A DNA stretch of 64,000 nt. It comes from Eledone cirrhosa (lineage: Eukaryota). The position numbers were made by a program, and so were the translations under genes. The stretch is taken from the NCBI GenBank assembly GCA_964016885.1, contig OZ024740.1, positions 7,688,001 through 7,752,000 of the forward strand. The letters run 5' to 3'. The notes below the pieces were generated by a model. That model saw only the letters and a program-made list of their open reading frames with translations. It was not told the origin of the DNA and searched no databases. Of this stretch, positions 40,626 to 54,900 are shown one piece after another (the first letter of the stretch is position 1; every line of letters starts with the position of its first letter).

Positions 40626-43600
40626 GGTATGTCAGTTTCTATTGGTTTGTCAGTTCTGATTATTATATCAGTGACTATTGGTATGTCAGTTTCGATCGGT
40701 ATGTCAGTTTCGATTGGTATATCAGTTTTGATTGATATGTCAGTTTCGATTAGTATAGCAGTTTCTATTGGTATGTCAGTTTCGATTGGTATGTCACATT
40801 CTATTGGTATGTCAGTTTTGATTGGTATATCAGTTTCGATTGGTATATCAGTTTCTATTGGTATATCAGTTTCTATTGGTATATCAGTTTCTATTGGTAT
40901 GTCAGTTTTGATTGGTATATCAGTTTCGATTAGATTGTCAGTTTTGATTGGTATCTCAGTTTCGATTGGTATATCAGTTTCGATAGGTATATCAGTTTCG
41001 ATTGGTATGTCAGTTTTGATTTGTATATCAGTTTCTATTCCTATATCAGTTTCTGTTTGTATGTCAGTTTCGATTTGTATGTCAGTTTCTATTTGCATGT
41101 AAGTTTCAATTGGTATGTCAGTTTCCTTTATTATATCAGTTAATATTGGTATGTCAGTTTCGATTGGAATGTCAGTTTCGATTGGTATGTCAGTTTCTAT
41201 TGGTATATCTGTTTCGATTGATATGTCAGTTTCGATTAGTATATCAGTTTCTATAGGTATGTCAGTTTCTATTGGTATATCAGTTTGGATTGTATTGTCA
41301 GTTTCGATTGGTATATCAGTTTCGATTGTTGTATCAGTTTCGATTGGTATATCAGTTTCGATTGGTATATCAGGTTCTATTGGTATGTCAGTTTTGATTG
41401 GTATATCAGTTTCGATTAGTACGTCAGTTTCGATTGGTATGTGTTTTTCGATTGCTATATCAATTTCGATTTGTATGTCAGTTTTGGTTGGTATGTTAGT
41501 TTCGATTGGTATATCAGTTTCTATTCCTATATCAGTTTCTGTTGGTATGTCAGTTTCGATTGGTATGTCAGTTTCTATTGGTATATCAGTTTCGATTGGT
41601 ATGTCAGTTTCTATTGGTATGTCACTTTCGATTTTTTAATCAGTTACTATTGGTATGTCAGTTTCGATTGGAATGTCAGTTTCGATTGGTATGTCAGTTT
41701 CTATTGGTATATCTTTTTCGATTGGTATTTCAGCTTCGATTAGCATATCAGATTCTATAGGTATGTTAGTTTCGATTGATATATCTGTTTCGATTAGTAT
41801 GTCAGTTTCTAATGGTATGTCAGTTTCGATTAGTATATCAGTTTCCTTTCGTATGTCAGTTTCGATTGGTATGTCAGTTTCGATTGGTATATCAGCTTCG
41901 ATTGGTATATCAGTTTCGATTGGTATTTCAGTTGCGATTGGCATGTCAGTTTCTATTGGTATATTAGTTTCTATTGGTATGTCAGTTTCGATTGGTATGT
42001 CAGTTTCGAATGGTATGTCAATATCGATTGGTATGTCAGATTCCATTGGTTTATCAGTTTTGATTGGTATATCAGTTTCGATTGGTATATCAGTTACGAT
42101 TGGTATGTCAGTTTCTATTGGTTTGTCAGTTTGGATTATTATATCAGTTACTATTGGTATGTCAGTTTCGATTGGTATGTCAGTTTCGATTGGTATATCA
42201 GTTTCTATTGGTATGACAGTTTCGATTGGTATATCAGTTTCGATTGGTATGTCAGTTTTGATTGGTATATCAGTTTCGATTGGTATATCAGTTTCGATTT
42301 GTATGTCACTTTCGATTGGTATATCAGTTTCGATTGGTATGTCAGTTTCGATTGGTATGTCAGATTCTATTGGTATATCAGTTTTGATTGGTATATCAGT
42401 TTCGATTGGTATATCAGTTTCGATTGTCATGTCAGTTTCGATTGGTATATCAGTTTCTATTGGTATGACAGTTTTGATTGGTATATCAGTTTCCATTGGT
42501 ATGTCAGTTTGGATTGGTATGTCAGTTTCGATTGGTATGTCAGTCTGGATTGGTATATCAGTTTCGATTAGAATGTCAGTTTCTATTGGTATATCAGTTT
42601 TGATTGGTATATCAGTATCGATTGGTATATCAGTTTCTATTGGTATATCAGTTTCTATTGGTATGTCAGTTTTGATTGGTATAACAGTTTCGATTAGAAT
42701 GTCAGTTTCGATTGGTATATCAGTTTCGATTAGTATGTCTGTTTCTATTGGTATATCTGTTTGGATTAGTATGTCAGCTTCGATTAGTATATCAGTTTCT
42801 ATAGGTATGTCAGTTTCGATTGATATATCAGTTTCGATTAGTATGTCAGTTTCTAATGGTATGTCAGTTTCGATTAGTATATCAGTTTCTATTCGTATAT
42901 CAGTTTCGATTGGTATATCAGATTCGATTGGTATATCAGTTTCGATTGGTATATCAGTTTCAATTGGTATTTCAGTTTCGATTGGTATGTCAGTTTCTAT
43001 TGGTATATTAGTTTCTATTGGTATGTCAGTTTCGATTGGTATGTCAGTTCCGATTGGTATGTCAATTTCGATTGGTATATCAGTTTCGATAGGTATGTCA
43101 GTTTCTATTGGTATATGAGTTTCGATTGGTATGTCAGTTTCGATTAGTATATCAGTTTCTATTGGTATGTCAGTTTCGATTGGTATGTCAGTTTCGATTG
43201 GTATATCAGTTTCTATTGGTATGACAGTTTCGATTAGTATATCAGTTTCGAATAGTATGTCAGTTTCGATTGGTATGTCAGTTTCGATTGGTATGTCAGT
43301 TTCGTTTGGAATGTCAATTTCGATTGGTATATCAATTTTGATTAGTATGTCAGTTTCTATTGGTATATCAGTTTCGATTGGTATATCAGTTTCGATTGGT
43401 ATGTCAGTTTCGATTGGTATATCAGTTTCTATTGGTATGTCAGTTTCGATTGGTATATCAGTTTCGATTGGTATGTCAGTTTCGATTGGTATATCAGTTT
43501 CTACTGGTATATCAGTTTCGATTGGTATGTCAGATTCTATTGGTATATCAGTTTCGATTGGTATATCAGTTTCGATTGGTATGTCAGTTTCGATTGGTAT

Positions 43601-45914
43601 ATCAGTTTCTATTGGCATGTCAATTTCGATAGGTATGTCAGTTTCTATTGGTATATAAGTTTCGATTGGTATGTCAGTTTCTATTGGTTTGTCAGTTTTG
43701 ATTATTATATCAGTGACTATTGGTATGTCAGTTTCGATTGGTATGTCAGTTTCGATTGGTATATCAGTTTCTATTGGTATGACAGTTTCGATTGGTATAT
43801 CAGTTTCTATTGGTATGTCAGTTTCGATTGGTATGTCAGTTTCGTTTGGTATGTCAATTTCGATTGGTATATCAATTTTGATTAGTATGTCAGTTTCTAT
43901 TGGTATGACAGTTTCGATTGATATATCAGTTTGGATTGGTATGTCAGTTTGGATTGGTATGTCAGTTTCGATTGGTATGTCAGATTCTATTGGTATATCA
44001 TTTTCGATTGGTATATCAGTTTCGATTGGTATATCAGTTTCTATTGGTATATCAGTTTCTATTGGTATGTCAGTCTCGATTGGTATATCAGTATCGATTG
44101 GTATGTCAGTTTCTATTGGTATGTCAGTTTAGATTGGTATATCAGTTTCTATTGGTATGACAGTTTCGATTGGTATATCAGTTTCGAATAGTATGTCAGT
44201 TTGGATTGGTATGTCAGTTTGGATTGGTATGTCAGTTTCGAATGGTATGTCAGTTTCGATTGGTATGTCAATTTCGATTGGTATATCAGTTTTAATTAGT
44301 ATGTCAGTTTCTAATGGTATATCAGTTTCGATTGGTATATCAGTTTCGATTGGTATGTCAGTTTCGATTTGTATATCAGTTTCGATTGGTATGTCAGTTT
44401 CGATTAGTATATCAGTTTCTATTGGTATGTCAGTTTCGATTGGTCTGTCAGATTCTATTGGTATATCAGTTTCGATTTTTATATCAGTTTCGATTGGTAT
44501 ATCAGTTTCTATTGTTATATCAGTTTCGATTGGTATGTCAGTTTATATTGGTATGTCAGTTTCGATTATTAAATCAGTTACTATTGGTATGTCAGTTTCG
44601 ATTGGAATGTCAGTTTCGATTGGTATGTCTGTTTCTATTGGTATATCTGTTTCGATTGGTATGTCAGCTTCGATTAGTATATCAGTTTCTATAGGTATGT
44701 CAGTTTCGATTGATAAATCAGTTTCGATTAATATTTCAGTTTCTATTCGTATGTCAGTTTCGATTGGTATGTCAGATTCGATTGGTATATCAGTTTCGAT
44801 TGGTATTTCAGTTTCGATTGGTATTTCAGTTTCGATTGGTATGTCAGTTTCGATTGGTCTGTCAGATTCTATTGGTATATCAGTTTCGATTGCTATGTCA
44901 GTTCCGATTGGTATATCAATTTCGATTGGTATATCAGTTTCGATTGGTATGTCAGTTTCTATTGGTATATCAGTTTCTATTCGTATGTCAGTTTCTATTG
45001 GTATGTCAGTTTCTATTGGTATATCAGTTTCAATTGGTATGTCAGTTTCGATTAGTATATCAATTTCTATTGGTATGTCAGTTTCGATTGGTATGTCAGA
45101 TTCTATTGGTATATCAGTGTTGATAGGTATATCAGTTTCGATTGGTATATCAGTTTCTATTGGTATGTCAGTTTCTATTGGTATATCAGTTTCTATTCGT
45201 ATGTCAGTTTCGATAGGTATGTCAGTTTCTATTGGTATATCAGTTTCGATTGGTATGTCAGTTTCGATTGGTATGTCAGATTCTATTGGTATATCAGTTT
45301 TGATTGGTATATCAGTTTCGATTGGTATATCAGTTTCTATTGGTATGTCAGTTTCGATAGGTATATCAGTTTCTATTGGTATGACAGTTTCGATTGGTAT
45401 ATCAGTTTCGAATCGTATGTCAGTTTCGATTGGTATGTCAGTTTTGATTGGTATGTCAGTTTAGTTTGGTATGTCAATTTCGATTGGTATATCAATTTTG
45501 ATTAGTATATCAGTTTCTATTGGTATATCAGTTTCGATTGGTATATCAGTTTCGATTGGTATGTCAGTTTCGATTGGTATATCAGTTTCTATTGGTATGT
45601 CAGTTTCGATTGGTATATCAGTTTCCATTGGTATGTCAGTTTCGATTGGTATATCAGTTTCTATTGGTATATCAGTTTAGATTGGTATATCAGTTTCGAT
45701 TGGTATGTCAGTTTTGATTAGTATATCAGTATCTATTGGTATGTCAGTTTCGATTGGTATGTCAGATTCTATTGGTATATCAGTTTTGATTGGTATATCA
45801 GTTTCGATTGGTATATCAGTTTCGATTGGTATGTCAGTTTCGATTGGTATATCAGTTTCTATTGGTATGTCAATTTCGATAGATATGTCAGTTTCTATTG
45901 GTATATAAGTTTCG

Positions 45915-48900
45915 ATTGGTATGTCAGTTTCTATTGGTTTGTCAGTTCTGATTATTATATCAGTGACTATTGGTATGTCAGTTTCGATTGGTATGTCAGT
46001 TTCAATTGGTATATCAGTTTCTATTGGTATGACAGTTTCGATTGGTATATCAGTTTCGATTGGTATGTCAGTTTGGATTGGTATGTCAGTTTCGATTGGT
46101 ATGTCAGTTTCGATTGGTATGTCAGTTTCGTGTGGTATGTCAATTTCGATTGGTATATCAATTTTGATTAGTATGTCAGTTTCTATTGGTATATCAGTTT
46201 CGATTGGTATATCAGTTTAGATTGGTATATCAGTTTCGATTGGTATGTCAGTTTCGATTAGTATAGCAGTTTCTATTGTTATGTCAGTTTCGATTGGTAT
46301 GTCACATTCTATTGGTATATCAGTTTTGATTGGTATATCAGTTTCGATTGGTATATCAGTTTCGATTGGTATTTCAGTTTCGATTGGTATGTCAGTTTCT
46401 ATTGGTATATTAGTTTCTATTGGTATGTCAGTTTCGATTGGTATGTCAGTTCCGATTGGTATGTCAATTTCGAGTGGTATATCAGTTTCGATTGGAATGT
46501 CAGTTTCTATTGGTATATCAGTTTCTATTCGTATGTCAGTTTCGATAGGTATGTCAGATTCTATTGGTATATCAGTTTTGATTGGTATATCAGTTTCGAT
46601 TGGTATATCAGTTTCTATTGTTATGTCAGTTTCGATAGGTATGTCAGTTTCTATTGGTATGTCAGTTTCGATTGGTATGTCAGTTTCGATTGGTATATCA
46701 GTTTCTATTGGTATGACAGTTTCGATTGGTATATCAGTTTCGAATCGTATGTCAGTTTCGATTGGTATGTCAGTTTCGATTGGTATGTCAGTTTCGTTTG
46801 GTATGTCAATTTCGATTGGTATATCAATTTTGATTAGTATGTCAGTTTCTATTGGTATATCAGTTTCGATTGGTATATCAGTTTCGATTGGTATGTCAGT
46901 TTCGATTGGTATATCAGTTTCTATTGGTATGTCAGTTTCGATTGGTATATCAGTTTCGATTGGTATGTCAGTTTCGATTGGTATATCAGTTTCTATTGGT
47001 ATGTCAGTTTCGATTGGTATATCAGTTTCTATTGGTATATCAGTTTCGATTGGTATATCAGTTTCTATTGGTATGTCAGTTTCGATTGGTATATCAGTTT
47101 CTATTTGTATGTCAGTTTCGATTAGTATATCAGTTTCTATTGGTATGTCAGTTTCGATTGGTATGTCAGATTATATTGGTATATCAGTTTTGATTGGTAT
47201 ATCAGTTTCGATTGGTATATCAGTTTCGACTGGTATGTCAGTTTCGATTGGTATATCAGTTTCTATTGGTATGTCAATTTCGATAGATATGTCAGTTTCT
47301 ATTGGTATATAAGTTTCGATTGGTATGTCAGTTTCTATTGGTTTGTCAGTTCTGATTATTATATCAGTGACTATTGGTATGTCAGTTTCGATAGGTATGT
47401 CAGTTTCTATTGGTATGTCAGTTTCGATTGGTATGTCAGTTTCGATTGGTATATCAGTTTCTATTGGTATGACAGTTTCGATTGGTATATCAGTTTCGAA
47501 TCGTATGTCAGTTTCGATTGGTATGTCAGTTTCGATTGGTATGTCAGTTTCGTTTGGTATGTCAATTTCGATTGGTATATCAATTTCGATTAGTATGTGA
47601 GTTTCTATTGGTATGTCAATTTCGATAGATATGTCAGTTTCTATTGGTATATAAGTTTCGATTGGTATGTCAGTTTCTATTGGTTTGTCAGTTCTGATTA
47701 TTATATCAGTGACTATTGGTATGTCAGTTTCGATTGGTATGTCAGTTTCGATTGGTATATCAGTTGCTATTGGTATGACAGTTTCGATTGGTATGTCAGT
47801 TTGGATTGGTATATCAGTTTCGATTGGTATATCAGTTTCAATTGGTATGTCAGTATCGATGGGTATGTCAATTTCGATTGGTATGTCAATTTTGAATAGT
47901 ATGTCAGTTTCTATTTGTATATCAGTTTCGATTGGTATGTCAGTTTAGATTGGTATATCAGTTTCGATTGGTATGTCAGTTTCGATTAGTATAGCAGTTT
48001 CTATTGGTATGTCAGTTTCGATTGGTATGTCAGTTTCGATTGGTATATCAGTTTTGATTGGTATATCAGTTTCGATTGGTATATCAGTTTCGATTGGTAT
48101 TTCTGCTTCGATTGGTATGTCAGTTTCTATTTGTATATTAGTTTCTATTGGTATGTCAGTTTCGACTGGTATGTCAGTTACGATTGGTATGTCAATTTCG
48201 ATTGGTATATCAGTTTCGATTGGTATGTCAGTTTCTATTGGTATATCAGTTTCTATTCGTATGTCAGTTTCGATAGGTATGTCAGTTTCTATTGGTATAT
48301 CAGTTTCGATTGGTATGTCAGTTTCGATTAGTATATCAGTTTTTATTGGTATGTCAGTTTCGATTGGTATGTCAGATAGTATTGGTATATCAGTTTTGAT
48401 TGGTATATCAGTTTCGATTGGTATATCAGTCTCTATTGGTATGTCTGTTTCTATTGGTATATCAGTTTCTATTCGTATGTCAGTTTAGATAGGTATGTCA
48501 GTTTCTATTGGTATATCAGTTTCGATTGGTATGTCAGTTTCGATTAGTATATCAGTTTCTATTGGTATGTTAGTTTCGATTGGTATGTCAGATTGTATTG
48601 GTATATCAGTTTTGATTGGCATATCAGTTTCGATTGGTATATCAGTTTCTATTGGTATGTCAATTTCGATAGATATGTCAGTTTCTGTTGGTATATAAGT
48701 TTCGATTGGTATGTCAGTTTCTATTGGTTTGTCAGTTCTGATTATTATATCAGTGACTATTGGTATGTCAGTTTCGATTGGTATGTCAGTTTCAATTGGT
48801 ATATCAGTTTCTATTGGTATGACAGTTTCGATTGGTATATCAGTTTCGATTGGTATGTCAGTTTGGATTGGTATGTCAGTTTCGATTGGTATGTCAGTTT

Positions 48901-51900
48901 CGATTGGTATGTCAGTTTCGTGTGGTATGTCAATTTCGATTGGTATATCAATTTTGATTAGTATGTCAGTTTCTATTGGTATATCAGTTTCGATTGGTAT
49001 ATCAGTTTAGATTGGTATATCAGTTTCGATTGGTATGTCAGTTTCGATTAGTATAGCAGTTTCTATTGGTATGTCAGTTTCGATTGGTATGTCACATTCT
49101 ATTGGTATATAAGTTTTGATTGGTATATCAGTTTCGATTGGTATATCAGTTTCGATTGGTATTTCAGTTTCGATTGGTATGTCAGTTTCTATTGGTATAT
49201 TAGTTTCTATTGGTATGTCAGTTCCGATTGGTATGTCAATTTCGAGTGGTATATCAGTTTCGATTGGAATGTCAGTTTCTATTGGTATATCAGTTTCTAT
49301 TCGTACGTCAGTTTCGATAGGTATGTCAGATTCTATTGGTATATCAGATTTGATTGGTATATCAGTTTCGATTGGTATATCAGTTTCTATTGGTATGTCA
49401 GTTTCGATAGGTATGTCAGTTTTTATTGGTATGTCAGTTTCGATTGGTATGTCAGTTTCGATTGGTATATCAGTTTCTATTGGTATGACAGTTTCGATTG
49501 GTATATCAATTTCGAATCGTATGTCAGTTTCGATTGGTATGTCAGTTTCGATTGGTATGTCAGTTTCGTTTAGTATGTCAATTTCGATTGGTATATCAAT
49601 TTTGATTAGTATGTCAGTTTCTATTGGTATATCAGTTTCGATTGGTATATCAGTTTCGATTGGTATGTCAGTTTCGATTGGTATATCAGTTTCTATTGGT
49701 ATGTCAGTTTCGATTGGTATATCAGTTTCGATTGGTATGTCAGTTTCGATTGGTATATCAGTTTCTATTGGTATGTCAGTTTCGATTGGTATATCAGTTT
49801 CTATTGGTATATCAGTTTCGATTGGTATATCAGTTTCTATTGGTATGTCAGTTTCGATTTGTATATCAGTTTCTATTGGTATATCAGTTTCGATTGGTAT
49901 ATCAGTTTCGATTGGTATGTCAGTTTCGATTAGTATATCAGTTTCTATTGGTATGTCAGTTTCGATTGGTATGTCAGATTATATTGGTATATCAGTTTTG
50001 ATTGGTATATCAGTTTCGATTGGTATATCAGTTTCGATTGGTATGTCAGTTTCGATTGGTATGTCAGTTTCTATTGGTATATTAGTTTCTATTGGTATGT
50101 CAGTTCCGATTGGTATGTCAATTTCGAGTGGTATATCAGTTTCGATTGGAATGTCAGTTTCTATTGGTATATCAGTTTCTATTCGTACGTCAGTTTCGAT
50201 AGGTATGTCAGATTCTATTGGTATATCAGATTTGATTGGTATATCAGTTTCGATTGGTATATCAGTTTCTATTGGTATGTCAGTTTCGATAGGTATGTCA
50301 GTTTCTATTGGTATGTCAGTTTCGATTGGTATGTCAGTTTCGATTGGTATATCAGTTTCTATTGGTATGACAGTTTCGATTGGTATATCTATTTCGAATC
50401 GTATGTCAGTTTCGATTGGTATGTCAGTTTCGATTGGTATGTCAGTTTCGTTTAGTATGTCAATTTCGATTGGTATATCAATTTTGATTAGTATGTCAGT
50501 TTCTATTGGTATATCAGTTTCGATTGGTATATCAGTTTCGATTGGTATGTCAGTTTCGATTGGTATATCAGTTTCTATTGGTATGTCAGTTTCGATTGGT
50601 ATATCAGTTTCGATTTGTATGTCTGTTTCGATTGGTATATCAGTTTCTATTGGTATGTCAGTTTCGATTGGTATATCAGTTTCTATTGGTATATCAGTTT
50701 CGATTGGTATATCAGTTTCTATTGGTATGTCAGTTTCGATTGGTATATCAGTTTCTATTGGTATATCAGTTTCGATTGGTATATCAGTTTCGATTGGTAT
50801 GTCAGTTTCGATTAGTATATCAGTTTCTATTGGTATGTCAGTTTCGATTGGTATGTCAGATTATATTGGTATATCAGTTTTGATTGGTATATCAGTTTCG
50901 ATTGGTATATCAGTTTCGATCGGTATGTCAGTTTCGATTGGTATATCAGTTTCTATTGGTATGTCAATTTCGATAGATATGTCAGTTTCTATTGGTATAT
51001 CAGTTTCGATTGGTATATCAGTTTAGATTGGTATATCAGTTTCGATTGATATGTCAGTTTCGATTAGTATAGCAGTTTCTATTGGTATGTCAGTTTCGAT
51101 TGGTATGTCACATTCTATTGGTATATCAGTTTCGATTGGTATATCAGTTTCGATTGGTATTTCAGTTTCGATTGGTATGTTAATTTCGAGTGGTATATCA
51201 GTTTCGATTGGAATGTCAGTTTCTATTGGTATATCAGTTTCTATTCGTAATGTCAGTTTCGATAGGTATGTCAGATTCTATTGGTATATCAGATTTGATT
51301 GGTATATCAGTTTCGATTGGTATATCAGTTTCTATTGGTATGTCAGTTTCGATAGGTATGTCAGTTTCTATTGGTATGTCAGTTTCGATTGGTATGTCAG
51401 TTTCGATTGGTATATCAGTTTCTATTGGTATGTCAGTTTCTATTGGTTTGTCAGTTCTGATTATTATATCAGTGACTATTGGTATGTCAGTTTCGATTGG
51501 TATGTCAGTTTCAATTGGTATATCAGTTTCTATTGGTATGACAGTTTCGATTGGTATATCAGTTTCGATTGGTATGTCAGTTTGGATTGGTATGTCAGTT
51601 TCGATTGGTATGTCAGTTTCGATTGGTATGTCAGTTTCGTGTGGTATGTCAATTTCGATTGGTATATCAATTTTGATTAGTATGTCAGTTTCTATTGGTA
51701 TATCAGTTTCGAATCGTATATCAGTTTAGATTGGTATATCAGTTTCGATTGGTATGTCAGTTTCGATTAGTATAGCAGTTTCTATTGTTATGTCAGTTTC
51801 GATTGGTATGTCACATTCTATTGGTATATCAGTTTTGATTGGTATATCAGTTTCGATTGGTATATCAGTTTCGATTGGTATTTCAGTTTCGATTGGTATG

Positions 51901-54900
51901 TCAGTTTCTATTGGTATATTAGTTTCTATTGGTATGTCAGTTTCGATTGGTATGTCAGTTCCGATTGGTATGTCAATTTCGAGTGGTATATCAGTTTCGA
52001 TTGGAATGTCAGTTTCTATTGGTATATCAGTTTCTATTCGTATGTCAGTTTCGATAGGTATGTCAGATTCTATTGGTATATCAGTTTTGATTGGTATATC
52101 AGTTTCGATTGGTATATCAGTTTCTATTGTTATGTCAGTTTCGATAGGTATGTCAGTTTCTATTGGTATGTCAGTTTCGATTGGTATGTCAGTTTCGATT
52201 GGTATATCAGTTTCTATTGGTATGACAGTTTCGATTGGTATATCAGTTTCGAATCGTATGTCAGTTTCGATTGGTATGTCAGTTTCGATTGGTATGTCAG
52301 TTTCGTTTGGTATGTCAATTTCGATTGGTATATCAATTTTGATTAGTATGTCAGTTTCTATTGGTATATCAGTTTCGATTGGTATATCAGTTTCGATTGG
52401 TATGTCAGTTTCGATTGGTATATCAGTTTCTATTGGTATGTCAGTTTCGATTGGTATATCAGTTTCGATTGGTATGTCAGTTTCGATTGGTATATCAGTT
52501 TCTATTGGTATGTCAGTTTCGATTGGTATATCAGTTTCTATTGGTATATCAGTTTCGATTGGTATATCAGTTTCTATTGGTATGTCAGTTTCGATTGGTA
52601 TATCAGTTTCTATTTGTATGTCAGTTTCGATTAGTATATCAGTTTCTATTGGTATGTCAGTTTCGATTGGTATGTCAGATTATATTGGTATATCAGTTTT
52701 GATTGGTATATCAGTTTCGATTGGTATATCAGTTTCGACTGGTATGTCAGTTTCGATTGGTATATCAGTTTCTATTGGTATGTCAATTTCGATAGATATG
52801 TCAGTTTCTATTGGTATATAAGTTTCGATTGGTATGTCAGTTTCTATTGGTTTGTCAGTTCTGATTATTATATCAGTGACTATTGGTATGTCAGTTTCGA
52901 TAGGTATGTCAGTTTCTATTGGTATGTCAGTTTCGATTGGTATGTCAGTTTCGATTGGTATATCAGTTTCTATTGGTATGACAGTTTCGATTGGTATATC
53001 AGTTTCGAATCGTATGTCAGTTTCGATTGGTATGTCAGTTTCGATTGGTATGTCAGTTTCTATTGGTATGTCAATTTCGATAGATATGTCAGTTTCTATT
53101 GGTATATAAGTTTCGATTGGTATGTCAGTTTCTATTGGTTTGTCAGTTCTGATTATTATATCAGTGACTATTGGTATGTCAGTTTCGATTGGTATGTCAG
53201 TTTCGATTGGTATATCAGTTGCTATTGGTATGACAGTTTCGATTGGTATGTCAGTTTGGATTGGTATATCAGTTTCGATTGGTATATCAGTTTCGATTGG
53301 TATGTCAGTATCGATGGGTATGTCAATTTCGATTGGTATGTCAATTTTGATTAGTATGTCAGTTTCTAATTGTATATCAGTTTCGATTGGTATGTCAGTT
53401 TAGATTGGTATATCAGTTTCGATTGGTATGTCAGTTTCGATTAGTATAGCAGTTTCTATTGGTATGTCAGTTTCGATTGGTATGTCAGTTTCGATTGGTA
53501 TATCAGTTTTGATTGGTATATCAGTTTCGATTGGTATATCAGTTTCGATTGGTATTTCTGCTTCGATTGGTATGTCAGTTTCTATTTGTATATTAGTTTC
53601 TATTGGTATGTCAGTTTCGACTGGTATGTCAGTTACGATTGGTATGTCAATTTCGATTGGTATATCAGTTTCGATTGGTATGTCAGTTTCTATTGGTATA
53701 TCAGTTTCTATTCGTATGTCAGTTTCGATAGGTATGTCAGTTTCTATTGGTATATCAGTTTCGATTGGTATGTCAGTTTCGATTAGTATATCAGTTTTTA
53801 TTGGTATGTCAGTTTCGATTGGTATGTCAGATTCTATTGGTATATCAGTTTTGATTGGTATATCAGTTTCGATTGGTATATCAGTCTCTATTGGTATGTC
53901 TGTTTCTATTGGTATATCAGTTTCTATTCGTATGTCAGTTTAGATAGGTATGTCAGTTTCTATTGGTATATCAGTTTCGATTGGTATGTCAGTTTCGATT
54001 AGTATATCAGTTTCTATTGGTATGTTAGTTTCGATTGGTATGTCAGATTGTATTGGTATATCAGTTTTGATTGGCATATCAGTTTCGATTGGTATATCAG
54101 TTTCTATTGGTATGTCAATTTCGATAGATATGTCAGTTTCTGTTGGTATATAAGTTTCGATTGGTATGTCAGTTTCTATTGGTTTGTCAGTTCTGATTAT
54201 TATATCAGTGACTATTGGTATGTCAGTTTCGATTGGTATGTCAGTTTCAATTGGTATATCAGTTTCTATTGGTATGACAGTTTCGATTGGTATATCAGTT
54301 TCGATTGGTATGTCAGTTTGGATTGGTATGTCAGTTTCGATTGGTATGTCAGTTTCGATTGGTATGTCAGTTTCGTGTGGTATGTCAATTTCGATTGGTA
54401 TATCAATTTTGATTAGTATGTCAGTTTCTATTGGTATATCAGTTTCGATTGGTATATCAGTTTAGATTGGTATATCAGTTTCGATTGGTATGTCAGTTTC
54501 GATTAGTATAGCAGTTTCTATTGGTATGTCAGTTTCGATTGGTATGTCACATTCTATTGGTATATAAGTTTTGATTGGTATATCAGTTTCGATTGGTATA
54601 TCAGTTTCGATTGGTATTTCAGTTTCGATTGGTATGTCAGTTTCTATTGGTATATTAGTTTCTATTGGTATGTCAGTTCCGATTGGTATGTCAATTTCGA
54701 GTGGTATATCAGTTTCGATTGGAATGTCAGTTTCTATTGGTATATCAGTTTCTATTCGTACGTCAGTTTCGATAGGTATGTCAGATTCTATTGGTATATC
54801 AGATTTGATTGGTATATCAGTTTCGATTGGTATATCAGTTTCTATTGGTATGTCAGTTTCGATAGGTATGTCAGTTTTTATTGGTATGTCAGTTTCGATT

